DNA of 64,000 bases from Candidatus Heimdallarchaeota archaeon (GTDB taxonomy: Archaea; Asgardarchaeota; Heimdallarchaeia; Heimdallarchaeales; Heimdallarchaeaceae). The notes under the pieces are model-generated. The model made no database searches and was not told where the DNA came from. It saw nothing but the letters and a program-made list of their open reading frames with translations. Location: positions 44,399-108,398 of the forward strand of contig JAEOTE010000090.1 of assembly GCA_016839945.1 (NCBI GenBank). The letters are read 5' to 3'. The stretch's first letter is position 1. Every line of letters begins with the position of its first letter. Both the position numbers and the translations under genes were made by a program. Below are positions 20,483 to 29,740 of this stretch, in pieces.

Positions 20483-20974
20483 TTAAAAGCGAAAATTCCA
20501 AATATCGTCTTTAAGATAATGAAGAAGTTTTACAACTTTACCTTTCTTAGTTTTTTTGAATTCTTGAGAGCTGAGAAGTGATAACCCAACACCTAAAATT
20601 GACTCAGCTTTTTCTTCATGAATTGAAACTATTGTATTTGTTTTGATATCATTGTCAAAATGAACAATCCCTGGAGCCATAACATCAGCCCCATTTGTTA
20701 TAAAACGAATAGCTCCTATATCAACAATAACTTTGGGTAAAATAGAATCTGCTTCCCTTAGATAATGAATTGTTGGAATGTACATTCCTTCATGTATAAA
20801 GAATGAAGCTTTACCTTCTTTTATTAAGAAAATTCCTTTATCTGTTTTTATCTCCTCTATGTCTGAAGTCACTTGAAATAAATTAGAAGCAATTTCACCA
20901 TAAATTTGATTTAATTTCATAAAAAACAGTTTTTTTTCTTTTTTCGATAAAAATTTTCTAGCTTTGATTTGCAT
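20483..20974 (-). CDS. PUA-domain RNA-binding protein (DUF1947/Tma20-MCT1-like)
   Basis: VDIGAIRFI.NGADVMAPGI, KGK.V...HY..D.IW. Confidence 0.88.
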   Translation of the reverse strand: MQIKARKFLSKKEKKLFFMKLNQIYGEIASNLFQVTSDIEEIKTDKGIFLIKEGKASFFIHEGMYIPTIHYLREADSILPKVIVDIGAIRFITNGADVMAPGIVHFDNDIKTNTIVSIHEEKAESILGVGLSLLSSQEFKKTKKGKVVKLLHYLKDDIWNFRF

Positions 20975-20995
20975 GTTATTCTATCCAAAAACGCT

Positions 20996-21427
20996 CTATT
21001 GTTTTAATTTCTCTAGAATTGAGGTGTACGATTTTTTAATTGCTTCGTACCTCTCTTTGGAAGACATTCCAAGTAAGTACATTTGTTCTTCATTTTCCAG
21101 CCTTCTTGTGTATTCTTCTTTTAAAGAAGTTATGAACTGATCAATTGAATCCTTAACATTAGAAATCAAATCAACACCAGGCTCAGGTACGGTGTAGATG
21201 TACTTTAGAGTTGGATAAGTATCAGCTTTTCTCTCAATCAAACCTATATCCAACATTTGTTTCAGATGCTTCTCAACTGCTGGTCTTGAAATTTGTAATT
21301 CCTTTGTTAGTTCATCTGCAGTAAGTTTCATATTACTCAATAATGTCAATATCTTTCTACGTGAAGCATCTCTAAAAATAGAGTAGATAACATCAACTAC
21401 TGGAATCTCTCCTTTTTTGGAACTCAT
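20996..21427 (-). CDS. ArsR-type wHTH regulator with C-terminal SHOCT-like segment
   Basis: RRKIL.LL, ISRPAVEKHL..M...GLIER. Confidence 0.85.
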   Translation of the reverse strand: MSSKKGEIPVVDVIYSIFRDASRRKILTLLSNMKLTADELTKELQISRPAVEKHLKQMLDIGLIERKADTYPTLKYIYTVPEPGVDLISNVKDSIDQFITSLKEEYTRRLENEEQMYLLGMSSKERYEAIKKSYTSILEKLKQ

Positions 21428-21575
21428 TTACGAGTGAAATTATTATTCCTTACTTAAATCATTGTCGGTTTAAACTGAAAGGTTAAAGCTTAAAACTAGA
21501 GCCTTTAAAGCATTACCTAATTAATTAAAAAAAAGAATATATAAAGCGATTTCAATGTAATTATGAGGTGGCAAT

Positions 21576-22478
21576 GTGAGCCAGAATGAAATTAAGATGT
21601 ATAGAGAACTATTAGATCTTCTAGAAAAAAGATATGATAATGGTGAGATTGATAAAACAAGTTATGCGGAATTGAAAGAACGTTATAATTCAAAATTAGA
21701 AAAAGTTAGAGAAGATATTGAAGTTCTTAAAGAAGCTCCTGAAATACGAGTAGCTGGTTCAAAAACAATTTCTAAAGATTCTGTAACAATTGCCGGGTCA
21801 GCAACCATTGCTGGAGGAAAAGTAATGAGAGATTTACGTATTTCTGGATCTGGTAAAATTAGTGGTGATGTTGAGTGTAAAGCACTCAAATGTTCAGGAT
21901 CAGTAAAATCAATTGGTAATATTATTACTCATGGAGATATTAGATGTTCAGGAGCTTTCAAATGTGAAAAAAACGTTGAAAGTGACGGAAACGCAACATT
22001 TAGTGGATCTTCTAAGATATTTGGGGAATTAGTGATAAAGGGGAAACTTACAGCTTCAGGTTCATATAAGACAGAAAAAAACACTCAAGCTGATAAGGGG
22101 ATTAGTTTAAGTGGAGCTTCAGGTATTAATGGAAATTTAATGTCACAGAATACAATAAAAATAGCAGGCAAAGCAACAATAGAAAAAAACATTCTTTGTG
22201 AAAATCTTATTGTAGAAGGCAGAAGAACGGTTTTTGAATCTTGGTTTTTCAGAAAAAGGAAAAAACTAGTTCGTGTTATGGGAAGTATTGTTGCACAAAA
22301 TGAAATTGATGTACAAGATATTGCAGTTGAAAAAAATATTAAGGGTAGAGTTGTGAAACTTGGACCAAATACTTCTGTTCATGGTAAAGTTTACTATGTT
22401 GAAGATTTATTCTTGAGTGAAGGAGTAAGTCTAGAAAAAGAACCAGTAAGAATTGGAGAAGAAGATTTGAAATTATAA
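21576..22478 (+). CDS. Bactofilin-like (polymer-forming beta-helix) protein with N-terminal SHOCT-like segment
   Basis: Repeated I.GS..I.G / SGS beta-solenoid repeats; I.G..V.LG....V.G.VYY terminus; GAGGTG RBS. Confidence 0.75.
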   Translation: MSQNEIKMYRELLDLLEKRYDNGEIDKTSYAELKERYNSKLEKVREDIEVLKEAPEIRVAGSKTISKDSVTIAGSATIAGGKVMRDLRISGSGKISGDVECKALKCSGSVKSIGNIITHGDIRCSGAFKCEKNVESDGNATFSGSSKIFGELVIKGKLTASGSYKTEKNTQADKGISLSGASGINGNLMSQNTIKIAGKATIEKNILCENLIVEGRRTVFESWFFRKRKKLVRVMGSIVAQNEIDVQDIAVEKNIKGRVVKLGPNTSVHGKVYYVEDLFLSEGVSLEKEPVRIGEEDLKL

Positions 22479-22506
22479 CCTTCTTAAACTCCTTTTTTTG
22501 TATAAA

Positions 22507-24024
22507 TCAAAGATTGTAGAGTGTTGAAAATTTCTCTTTTAGATAGTTTATATGGTACTTTGTAGTAAGCTCTTCACCAGTAATATCCTTAACCATCTCA
22601 AGACAATCTAAGGTACCACCTTTCTGATGTACATTTGTTTCTAACCACTGTCGAATTGGAGTAAATTTACCATCTTGTAAAGAATTTTGCCAATCAGGAA
22701 GATCCTTAGACAGTTTTGCAGTTAATTGCGAAGAGATCAAATCACCTATTCCATAGCCAAAGAAGTAACCGTAATATTGTGAGTACCAATGCATATCTTG
22801 CATTACTCCTAATGTATCATTTGGAACATCTACACCTAGATATTCTTTGTATTTCTCATTCCATACTTGTGGTAATTCTTTTGTTTCTATTTTTCCGGCA
22901 AACCAATCTCTTTCTATTTCAAAACGGATTATGATATGCATGATATAAGTTACTTCATCAGCTTGAATTCTGATGAAGCCAGGATTAACGGAATTTAAGG
23001 TAAAATAGAAATCATCGAGAGAAATATCATTAAAAACATCAGTTGTATCCTTTTGGAACTTCGGATAGTAATATGTCCAGAATTCCTTTGAACTCGCTAT
23101 AATATTCTCTAAAAATCTTGATTGTGATTCACCAAAACTTGGTGATGACATACTATAAATAGGTTGATTATACCATTCCTCTTTTCCTTGTAAGCCATGA
23201 ATTGCATGACCACACTCATGAGCACCAGCAAGAAAAGCCGCCAAAACATTATCCTCATGATACTTAACTGTGACTCTTACGTCTTTAAAACCGCCACCAA
23301 TTGTTAGAGGATGTTCTACTTCAGCAATGTTACCTACAGCGTTCTCTGAGAAGAAATCATACTCAAGAAATTTTGCTAGATTTTCTACCATTTGAACTTG
23401 AGATGAACGAGGTACATTTCTACTTAGAATTGACCTATCTGGTTTAACTTCAGATTCTTCACATTTCTTAATAAAAGGAACTAAGAAAGATTTCATTTCA
23501 GCAAAAAGTTTGGTGAGATTCTTAACACCAAAACCTTTGTCTCTACTATCTATCAATGCATCGAAAGAATCACTCATATTCTTTGATTTAGCTAAGAGAG
23601 AGGAAGATTCAATATTAAGAGCATATAATTTCTCTAAATCAGGAAAAACCATCTGAAAATCAGATTTTGCTTTAGCTTTTTTCCATATTTCTAAGGTTTT
23701 GTTTGATTGAGCTGCAAGTTTTCCTACTAACTCTGATGGAAGTATTGTCCTATCATTATAGATCCGTCTAAACCGCTCAACATTTCTTTTCTCTAAATCA
23801 TTGAGGGAAGAATCCTTTTCACATTTTTCTAACAAAGTTCCTATTTCAGAATGAGTTATTAAACCATGAATTTTTTGACTTATGTATTGAAACTGTTTTG
23901 TCCTATGTCCTACTGCTGCAGGGGGCATGTAAGTATTGAGATCCCAGTATAGAACTCCATTTATCGAACCTAATAATCGTATTTCTTGATATCTTTCCAA
24001 TAATTTTTCATAATCGTTTTTCAT
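22507..24024 (-). CDS. Carboxypeptidase Taq (M32)
   Basis: WD..T.MP, HP, HECGH, ESQS, IRIQADE, QD.HW. Confidence 0.93.
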   Translation of the reverse strand: MKNDYEKLLERYQEIRLLGSINGVLYWDLNTYMPPAAVGHRTKQFQYISQKIHGLITHSEIGTLLEKCEKDSSLNDLEKRNVERFRRIYNDRTILPSELVGKLAAQSNKTLEIWKKAKAKSDFQMVFPDLEKLYALNIESSSLLAKSKNMSDSFDALIDSRDKGFGVKNLTKLFAEMKSFLVPFIKKCEESEVKPDRSILSRNVPRSSQVQMVENLAKFLEYDFFSENAVGNIAEVEHPLTIGGGFKDVRVTVKYHEDNVLAAFLAGAHECGHAIHGLQGKEEWYNQPIYSMSSPSFGESQSRFLENIIASSKEFWTYYYPKFQKDTTDVFNDISLDDFYFTLNSVNPGFIRIQADEVTYIMHIIIRFEIERDWFAGKIETKELPQVWNEKYKEYLGVDVPNDTLGVMQDMHWYSQYYGYFFGYGIGDLISSQLTAKLSKDLPDWQNSLQDGKFTPIRQWLETNVHQKGGTLDCLEMVKDITGEELTTKYHINYLKEKFSTLYNL

Positions 24025-24098
24025 TTATTTTCATTTTCAGAAAATAAATAATATTCAAAAAGATTGCCTAAAAAAAGAAAAAATAAGATGGATACCAA

Positions 24099-25352
24099 TC
24101 ATTTGGTTCCAAGATAGTTTGCTTTACTTCCTAATTGTTCTTCAATTCGTAGAAGTTGATTATATTTCGCAGTACGTTCTCCTCTTGCAGGAGCACCTGT
24201 TTTTATTCTCTCAGCGCCTAATGCTACAGCTAAATCAGCGATGAAAGTATCTTCTGTTTCTCCTGATCTGTGAGAGATATTTATTCCCCAACCTTTACTT
24301 CTTGCGAGTTCAGCTGCTTGTATTGCTTCAGTCAATGTACCAATTTGATTTACTTTTAATAACAAGTAATTTGCGGCTTTTCTATCTATAGCCATCTGAA
24401 TTCGTTTTGGATTTGTAACTGTTAAATCATCTGCTACTATTGAAGCATTGGGCAACTTAGCTAGAAGTTTTGCAAAAGAATCGAAATCATTCTCATCAAA
24501 GGGATCTTCGAGAGATATTATAGGATATTTCCCTACTAAATCAACATAGTAATCTACCAATTCATCTCCAGATAACTTTTTACCATCAACTTCATAGACA
24601 CTGCTTTCATAGAATTCTGAAGCTGCAGAATCTAGTCCTATAGATATATCAACACCTGGTTTATAACCAGCATCTTTGATTGAATCAACAAGCATTTGTA
24701 ATGCTTCAGGTGCGGTATCTACTGGACTTCCAAAACCACCTTCATCCCCTAGATTTATTGCTGAGGGGCCAAATTTCTTAAGATTGTTTCTAAGAACTTG
24801 ATAAACTTCACAAGATGCTCTAAAACAATCACTATATTTTGTAAAACCATGTGGAATTAACATAAATTCTTGAATTTTTAGATTCCCTCCAGCATGTTTA
24901 CCGCCATTTATAACATTAAACATAGGAACTGGTAAAGTGTTCGCATCTTTATTAAGATAGGAATAAACTGGAAGTTTTAGACTATTAGCAGCTGCATTGC
25001 AAACAGCAAGTGAGACACCTAACATAGCATTGGCTCCTAGTTTGGATTTATTCTCAGTGCCATCCAACTCAAGCATAAGTTTGTCAATAGAAGCTTGCTC
25101 AGTTACTTCATGACCTATAATCTTTGGTGTTATCAATTGCTTTATGTTTTCAACTGCTTTTAATACACCTTTTCCGAGAAATCTTTCATCTTTATCACGA
25201 AGTTCTAAAGCTTCATGTTCTCCAGTACTAGCACCAGAAGGAACCATACCTCTACCAAAAGAACCATCATCACAATAAACATCTACTTCAATTGTAGGAT
25301 TTCCTCTTGAATCTATTATTTCACGTGGAATGACTTTTGTAATCTTTGCCAT
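24099..25352 (-). CDS. eno: Enolase
   Basis: DSRGNPT, PSGASTG.HEA.ELRD, GDEGG, LLKVNQIG, SHRSGET, RTAKYN. Confidence 0.97.
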   Translation of the reverse strand: MAKITKVIPREIIDSRGNPTIEVDVYCDDGSFGRGMVPSGASTGEHEALELRDKDERFLGKGVLKAVENIKQLITPKIIGHEVTEQASIDKLMLELDGTENKSKLGANAMLGVSLAVCNAAANSLKLPVYSYLNKDANTLPVPMFNVINGGKHAGGNLKIQEFMLIPHGFTKYSDCFRASCEVYQVLRNNLKKFGPSAINLGDEGGFGSPVDTAPEALQMLVDSIKDAGYKPGVDISIGLDSAASEFYESSVYEVDGKKLSGDELVDYYVDLVGKYPIISLEDPFDENDFDSFAKLLAKLPNASIVADDLTVTNPKRIQMAIDRKAANYLLLKVNQIGTLTEAIQAAELARSKGWGINISHRSGETEDTFIADLAVALGAERIKTGAPARGERTAKYNQLLRIEEQLGSKANYLGTK

Positions 25353-25404
25353 GATAATCAAGGAACAAAATAATATCCTCTTATTAAGGATTTTTCAATG
25401 AATA

Positions 25405-26397
25405 TTATGTAAAGTGTTGGAAACCTTTAACTGATAATTGATATTTACTAAATCTGTTATCACTGATTTTTATTCCTTTATTCTTTGTTGAGAATTCACC
25501 AATTTGATAAACGGTTAGATCGAGTTTTTTTGCTGTTTTCTCTAATGAATCCTTATCAGTAGGCGCAACTGCAAAAACTAATTCAAACTCCTCTCCACCA
25601 TTAAAAACTAGTTCTAAAGGATTCAAATTACTCTTTTCTACATACTCCAAAACAAGAGGATGGATTGGAACTGATGAAACATCTATACCAATATCATTTA
25701 TAGAAGACAGATCAGATAAAGTATAAGATAGACCATCAGACGAATCCATGCAGATTTTTATGTTCATTTTCTTGAATAAACTAAGATATTCTTTTCTAGC
25801 AATTGGTTTATAGACTGAATCTAATGCTTCTTCTCTTAAAGAACCTTCAACTTCTAAATCTTCAAGTACAATCTTAAAACCTATTGAAGTTAATCCGAAT
25901 AATCCTGTTGTGTATATTAGATCTCCTTCTTGCACTCCTTTTCTGGAAATGATTTCATTTTTTTCACATATACCGAATGTCGTTGCATCAATGATAATTT
26001 CAGACGATTCATTAGTATCTCCCCCAAGTAATTTACATCCATAAGTGATACATTGATCTTTCGCTCCTACAATTACCGCTTTTGCATCTGAAATAGAAAG
26101 ATTTGAAGGAAATCCTACACTAAGTAAACACCCTAAAGGTTTTGTTCCTTTAGCTATAAGATCACTAACTGACATAGTGATAGCTTTCATTCCTATTTTT
26201 TTGAACGACATTCCAGGAAGAACATCTGTTTGTTGAACTAACATATCAGAGTTAACAACAAGTAGTTTCTCAGAGGGAAGAATAAAAGCAGAAGCATCAT
26301 CGTTAAAATCTAAAATCGATGTATCAACTAAGTTTGATATCAAAGACAAGAACTCTCTTTCTCCAACTTCTTTTAGTGTTTTCTCAGCATCTTTCAT
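25405..26397 (-). CDS. thiL: Thiamine-monophosphate kinase
   Basis: GE, DDA, D.LV, SDL.A.G, GGDT, DSSDGL, GEEFEL, GFQHF. Confidence 0.9.
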   Translation of the reverse strand: MKDAEKTLKEVGEREFLSLISNLVDTSILDFNDDASAFILPSEKLLVVNSDMLVQQTDVLPGMSFKKIGMKAITMSVSDLIAKGTKPLGCLLSVGFPSNLSISDAKAVIVGAKDQCITYGCKLLGGDTNESSEIIIDATTFGICEKNEIISRKGVQEGDLIYTTGLFGLTSIGFKIVLEDLEVEGSLREEALDSVYKPIARKEYLSLFKKMNIKICMDSSDGLSYTLSDLSSINDIGIDVSSVPIHPLVLEYVEKSNLNPLELVFNGGEEFELVFAVAPTDKDSLEKTAKKLDLTVYQIGEFSTKNKGIKISDNRFSKYQLSVKGFQHFT

Positions 26398-26471
26398 TAT
26401 GTATAATCCTCAAAAATCTATTTGTATATCTACTTACTAAAGATATCGAATGTTAATAAAAGGGAATTTTG

Positions 26472-27308
26472 TTATCCAAATAAACCTATGAAGTAGAAGA
26501 AGTAAACAAACAAAGCAACTGGTATAGTTATAGATGCAAATGCATTAACCCAAGCCATTTTTCCAACTATTCTTAAGGCAATTGAGGAGTATATTATTAC
26601 AACTACCCAGAGGATAATCATTAAAATCTTGAATACCAACATTGGTGCAGAATTATACAGGTTTTCAACAAATATTCTGAAAGTAGCGAAATCAGCTGCT
26701 TCAGGAGAACCAACATTTCCTGATGGTCCCATAAGCGTAAAAAACATCCCCAGAAACTCACCTACTGCTATAGGAGCAATTGAATAACCTATGATAGTAC
26801 GATATTGTTTTGTTGTTGCTTCAGAACCCAGCATAGTTGCAAATTTAGCCATTATCCAAGTTCCTATTGAGAACAATAATTTGTACATAATCCATATCAC
26901 GAATGGCATTAATAACAAACTTACGAAGAAGAAAATTAGGTTCAAAGAAATTTCCATACTCCATGCCTCTGGGTCAGTAGCATTACCAATTATGAGAGCA
27001 GAATAAGTAATACCTGCTTTGACCATAACAAAATAAAAACGGAGGGATAGGAATAGAGAAAAGAGTAGCAATATTATATTTCCTCCCTTTGTTTCAGTAG
27101 CAACTCCTAGTTCTTCACTTGTTTTGAAGGGTCTTCTAAAGAAGAAATATAACCTAATAAAAACTTCTTTTAGTGATGGTCTAAAAGCGAATTTTTTAAG
27201 TTCATATTCTAGTAATCCAAAACCACAGAATGGACATACTGAGTATTCTAAAGGTACAGATTCAGTACAACTAGGGCATTTCTGTGTGTTCTCACTCATA
27301 CTACTCAT
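26472..27308 (-). CDS. Zinc-ribbon plus Yip1-domain membrane protein
   Basis: CPSC..CPFC; five TMs with P..T/F and IGYS.AP Yip1-like pattern. Confidence 0.7.
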   Translation of the reverse strand: MSSMSENTQKCPSCTESVPLEYSVCPFCGFGLLEYELKKFAFRPSLKEVFIRLYFFFRRPFKTSEELGVATETKGGNIILLLFSLFLSLRFYFVMVKAGITYSALIIGNATDPEAWSMEISLNLIFFFVSLLLMPFVIWIMYKLLFSIGTWIMAKFATMLGSEATTKQYRTIIGYSIAPIAVGEFLGMFFTLMGPSGNVGSPEAADFATFRIFVENLYNSAPMLVFKILMIILWVVVIIYSSIALRIVGKMAWVNAFASITIPVALFVYFFYFIGLFG

Positions 27309-27401
27309 TTCTTAATATTGGTTATTATTTAATATCTGTTGTGGCTAGTAAATGAAAACCTTTTCGTTAATTGTAACAGGAAAATAATGATATGAATTTC
27401 T

Positions 27402-28145
27402 CTATTTACTGTCCAGGTTTTTCCTTCTAGACAGTAAAAGTATAGGAATGAAAGCAATAGACACAATTGCCAGACTTAAACCAAATCCAGTTGTCTGCAT
27501 TGTGGGATTAATTTCTAAATTAGTAGAAATCAACGTTATGTTCAATTCGTAAAGACCATATGAAGTAAAAGCTTTGAGAAGTACCCCTGTGTCTGTGTGA
27601 TAATAAAGTGAAGAATTTTGACCATAGTAATCTTGTGTATTGAAGACTTTAACTTCGTATGAATTTAGAGTCCCATTAAGTGTATGTTCAAAATTAGATA
27701 GATCGCTTATGGTTGTGTTTGTTCCTTGTACTTGTACTTCAATATTATCCCAATCCGATTCATTAGCAAAAAAACCTCCGTTCCAAGGATATATACTCAG
27801 ACCCAAACCAAATGCTACATCGATATTTCTTACATCGTAGAATTTGGTATTATTAAGCATGTTTCCAAGAAATAATGTACCATTAATTTCGGAAGAAGGA
27901 ATAAATGAAGTTACATTAAACATAATCCAATCTTCAGGTATCACTGACCAATTTCCATAATAGTGCCCTGGAGGCCAGTTTCCAACGAACATATTTTCAG
28001 TAGCGCTAGAAGCTAAAACTTGGTATTTTAGCCAATCTTCATCATTTAAGTTTAATTTGTATGAGAAACCATTTGAAACGAGTAATGTCAAAGAAAAGGA
28101 AAGCACAATCAAGATAGTTAGCAGTAAATTCTTTTTGTTCCTCAT
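27402..28145 (-). CDS. Secreted glycoprotein with C-terminal TM anchor (TGF-TM-basic tail)
   Basis: Signal peptide, many N-x-S/T sequons, YHTDTGVLLK motif, TTGF-hydrophobic-SRRK. Confidence 0.75.
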   Translation of the reverse strand: MRNKKNLLLTILIVLSFSLTLLVSNGFSYKLNLNDEDWLKYQVLASSATENMFVGNWPPGHYYGNWSVIPEDWIMFNVTSFIPSSEINGTLFLGNMLNNTKFYDVRNIDVAFGLGLSIYPWNGGFFANESDWDNIEVQVQGTNTTISDLSNFEHTLNGTLNSYEVKVFNTQDYYGQNSSLYYHTDTGVLLKAFTSYGLYELNITLISTNLEINPTMQTTGFGLSLAIVSIAFIPILLLSRRKNLDSK

Positions 28146-28200
28146 ATTACATACACTTGTGTTTATTCTGAAATATTCTCAATCAATTCTGAACTAAGGT

Positions 28201-28293
28201 TGGCGGACCAGGCAGGATTTGAACCTGCGACCTCTGGCTGTCTTCAGCTAACTTCCGAAGGCCAGTGCCTTATCCATACTAGACTACTGGTCC
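28201..28293 (-). tRNA. tRNA-Arg(TCG) with 15-nt intron (28240-28254) at 37/38; CCA encoded
   Basis: GGACCAG/CTGGTCC acceptor stem, GGTTCAAATCC T arm, BHB motif CTGGC-CTTC-GGA-AG-TTAG-CT-GAAG-ACA-GCCAG. Confidence 0.95.
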
Positions 28294-28382
28294 TTTTGGT
28301 TTCTTTCATCTCTTCACTTTTTATTCTTTCTGTTAACTCATATATCTAAGTGAAAAACGAAACTTTCGAAATAAAATAAAAA

Positions 28383-29630
28383 CTATCTTGGTAGTCCGTT
28401 TTCTATCCAAGATCTAATTAATCTCTCAAATTCTTTCTTTTTCTTCAATGATTGTGTTTGATAAGCATAAATTTGAGACATGGCTAATCCACCCAATTCG
28501 ATATACGCCTCATCCATATCACAAATTGCAGCTATTCTGGCTTTCCAATTTTCATCTGTATCTGCTTGTTGTGCATAAGAAATGAATAATTTGAGAATCT
28601 TTTCAATCTTTGCTGAAACTTGTTTATCATCGACTTCAGGCTTAGGTTTAGGTTTAGCTTTAGGTTTAGGTTTGTGTTCTATGGATGTTTTGGGTTCTGC
28701 TACTGGGACAGGTTCAGGTTCTGGTTCTGGTTCTGGTGCAGGTTCTGCTACTTCTGGAGGTTCCTCAAAGATTTTTTCTTTAATTACAGGACGGGATGAA
28801 ACAGCAGGTTTCTCTTCTACCTCAGGTGATTCTGGAGGGGGCATAGATTCAGGTTTAGGTGTTACTGGTTTGGATTCAATTGGTTTCGAACCAACTGATT
28901 GTGTTGTTGGAGCAGATTCTGGTACTTTTGATGGTGTTACGAATTTTATTTGATCTGGAGAGATTGTTTCAGTTGCTGCTTCTTCTGTTTTTGCAGGTGG
29001 TGGTGCGGACTCAGTAGTTCTAATTGGTGCAGTTGTTTCTTTAGGTGCTGTGAAAACAACATCCCTTGGAAACTGTTTTGTTTCAATTATTGAATTTAAA
29101 CTTTTTTCAAGATTATGAACTAATGATCTTAAAGAAGGATTTTCTGAACCAAGTTTTAAGATGTTATCCTTAAGGGTTTGACATCCTGCAGTCATTACAC
29201 TAACTTTTCTCTTTAAATCTTGATTTTCAACTTCTAATTGTTCTTCCCCTTTTTCAGCTTCAGTTTCTATTGTTTCTATTGAATCCATAAGGGCATGCAT
29301 TTGCATTTTAAGTTCTTCGCGCTCCGCATTAAACAAATCTTGTTCTAGTCTTGTTTCTTCAATCTCTTTATCAAGCTCAGTTTTTTCCTTTTGTAAATCT
29401 TCCACAACCTTGGAAAGATGATCTAATTCCGAAGTTAATTCTTGAACTTTATCATCAGATTGAGCTTGTTCCATTTTTTCTTGTAACTTTTCAAATAGTT
29501 TTATTCTTCTCATTGCTAATTGCGGAGAAATTTCCTCTTTCTTCATGAAATTAAGAATGTATTCTAAATCATGAGGTTGAAGATTGTGCTTTTTAAGTAA
29601 TTCATCTATTGAAACATGACCTTCTGTCAT
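28383..29630 (-). CDS. Coiled-coil protein with long Pro-rich linker and C-terminal helical domain
   Basis: Heptad-rich aa ~45-185, Pro/Glu/Lys/Thr-rich aa ~195-335, globular C-terminus. Confidence 0.8.
   Translation of the reverse strand: MTEGHVSIDELLKKHNLQPHDLEYILNFMKKEEISPQLAMRRIKLFEKLQEKMEQAQSDDKVQELTSELDHLSKVVEDLQKEKTELDKEIEETRLEQDLFNAEREELKMQMHALMDSIETIETEAEKGEEQLEVENQDLKRKVSVMTAGCQTLKDNILKLGSENPSLRSLVHNLEKSLNSIIETKQFPRDVVFTAPKETTAPIRTTESAPPPAKTEEAATETISPDQIKFVTPSKVPESAPTTQSVGSKPIESKPVTPKPESMPPPESPEVEEKPAVSSRPVIKEKIFEEPPEVAEPAPEPEPEPEPVPVAEPKTSIEHKPKPKAKPKPKPEVDDKQVSAKIEKILKLFISYAQQADTDENWKARIAAICDMDEAYIELGGLAMSQIYAYQTQSLKKKKEFERLIRSWIENGLPR
28635..28752 (-). repeat. Coding (PE)n and (KP)n low-complexity repeats
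   Basis: ggttct/ggttta hexamer repeats encoding PEPEPEPEP and KPKPKAKPKPKP. Confidence 0.8.
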
Positions 29631-29740
29631 AACCCTCAAAAAAAATAGAGAGTTTTAGTTTAATAAAGTTTAGTTTAAGTGAAATGAAAAAGAAAAGGTT
29701 TTTTTAATACGATTACCATATTTCGAGCTAGGTGTAGCTA

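Noticed and set aside
28582-28953. 123-aa Gly/Ser-rich plus-strand ORF
   Set aside because: Antisense shadow of the Pro-rich repeats in 28383-29630.
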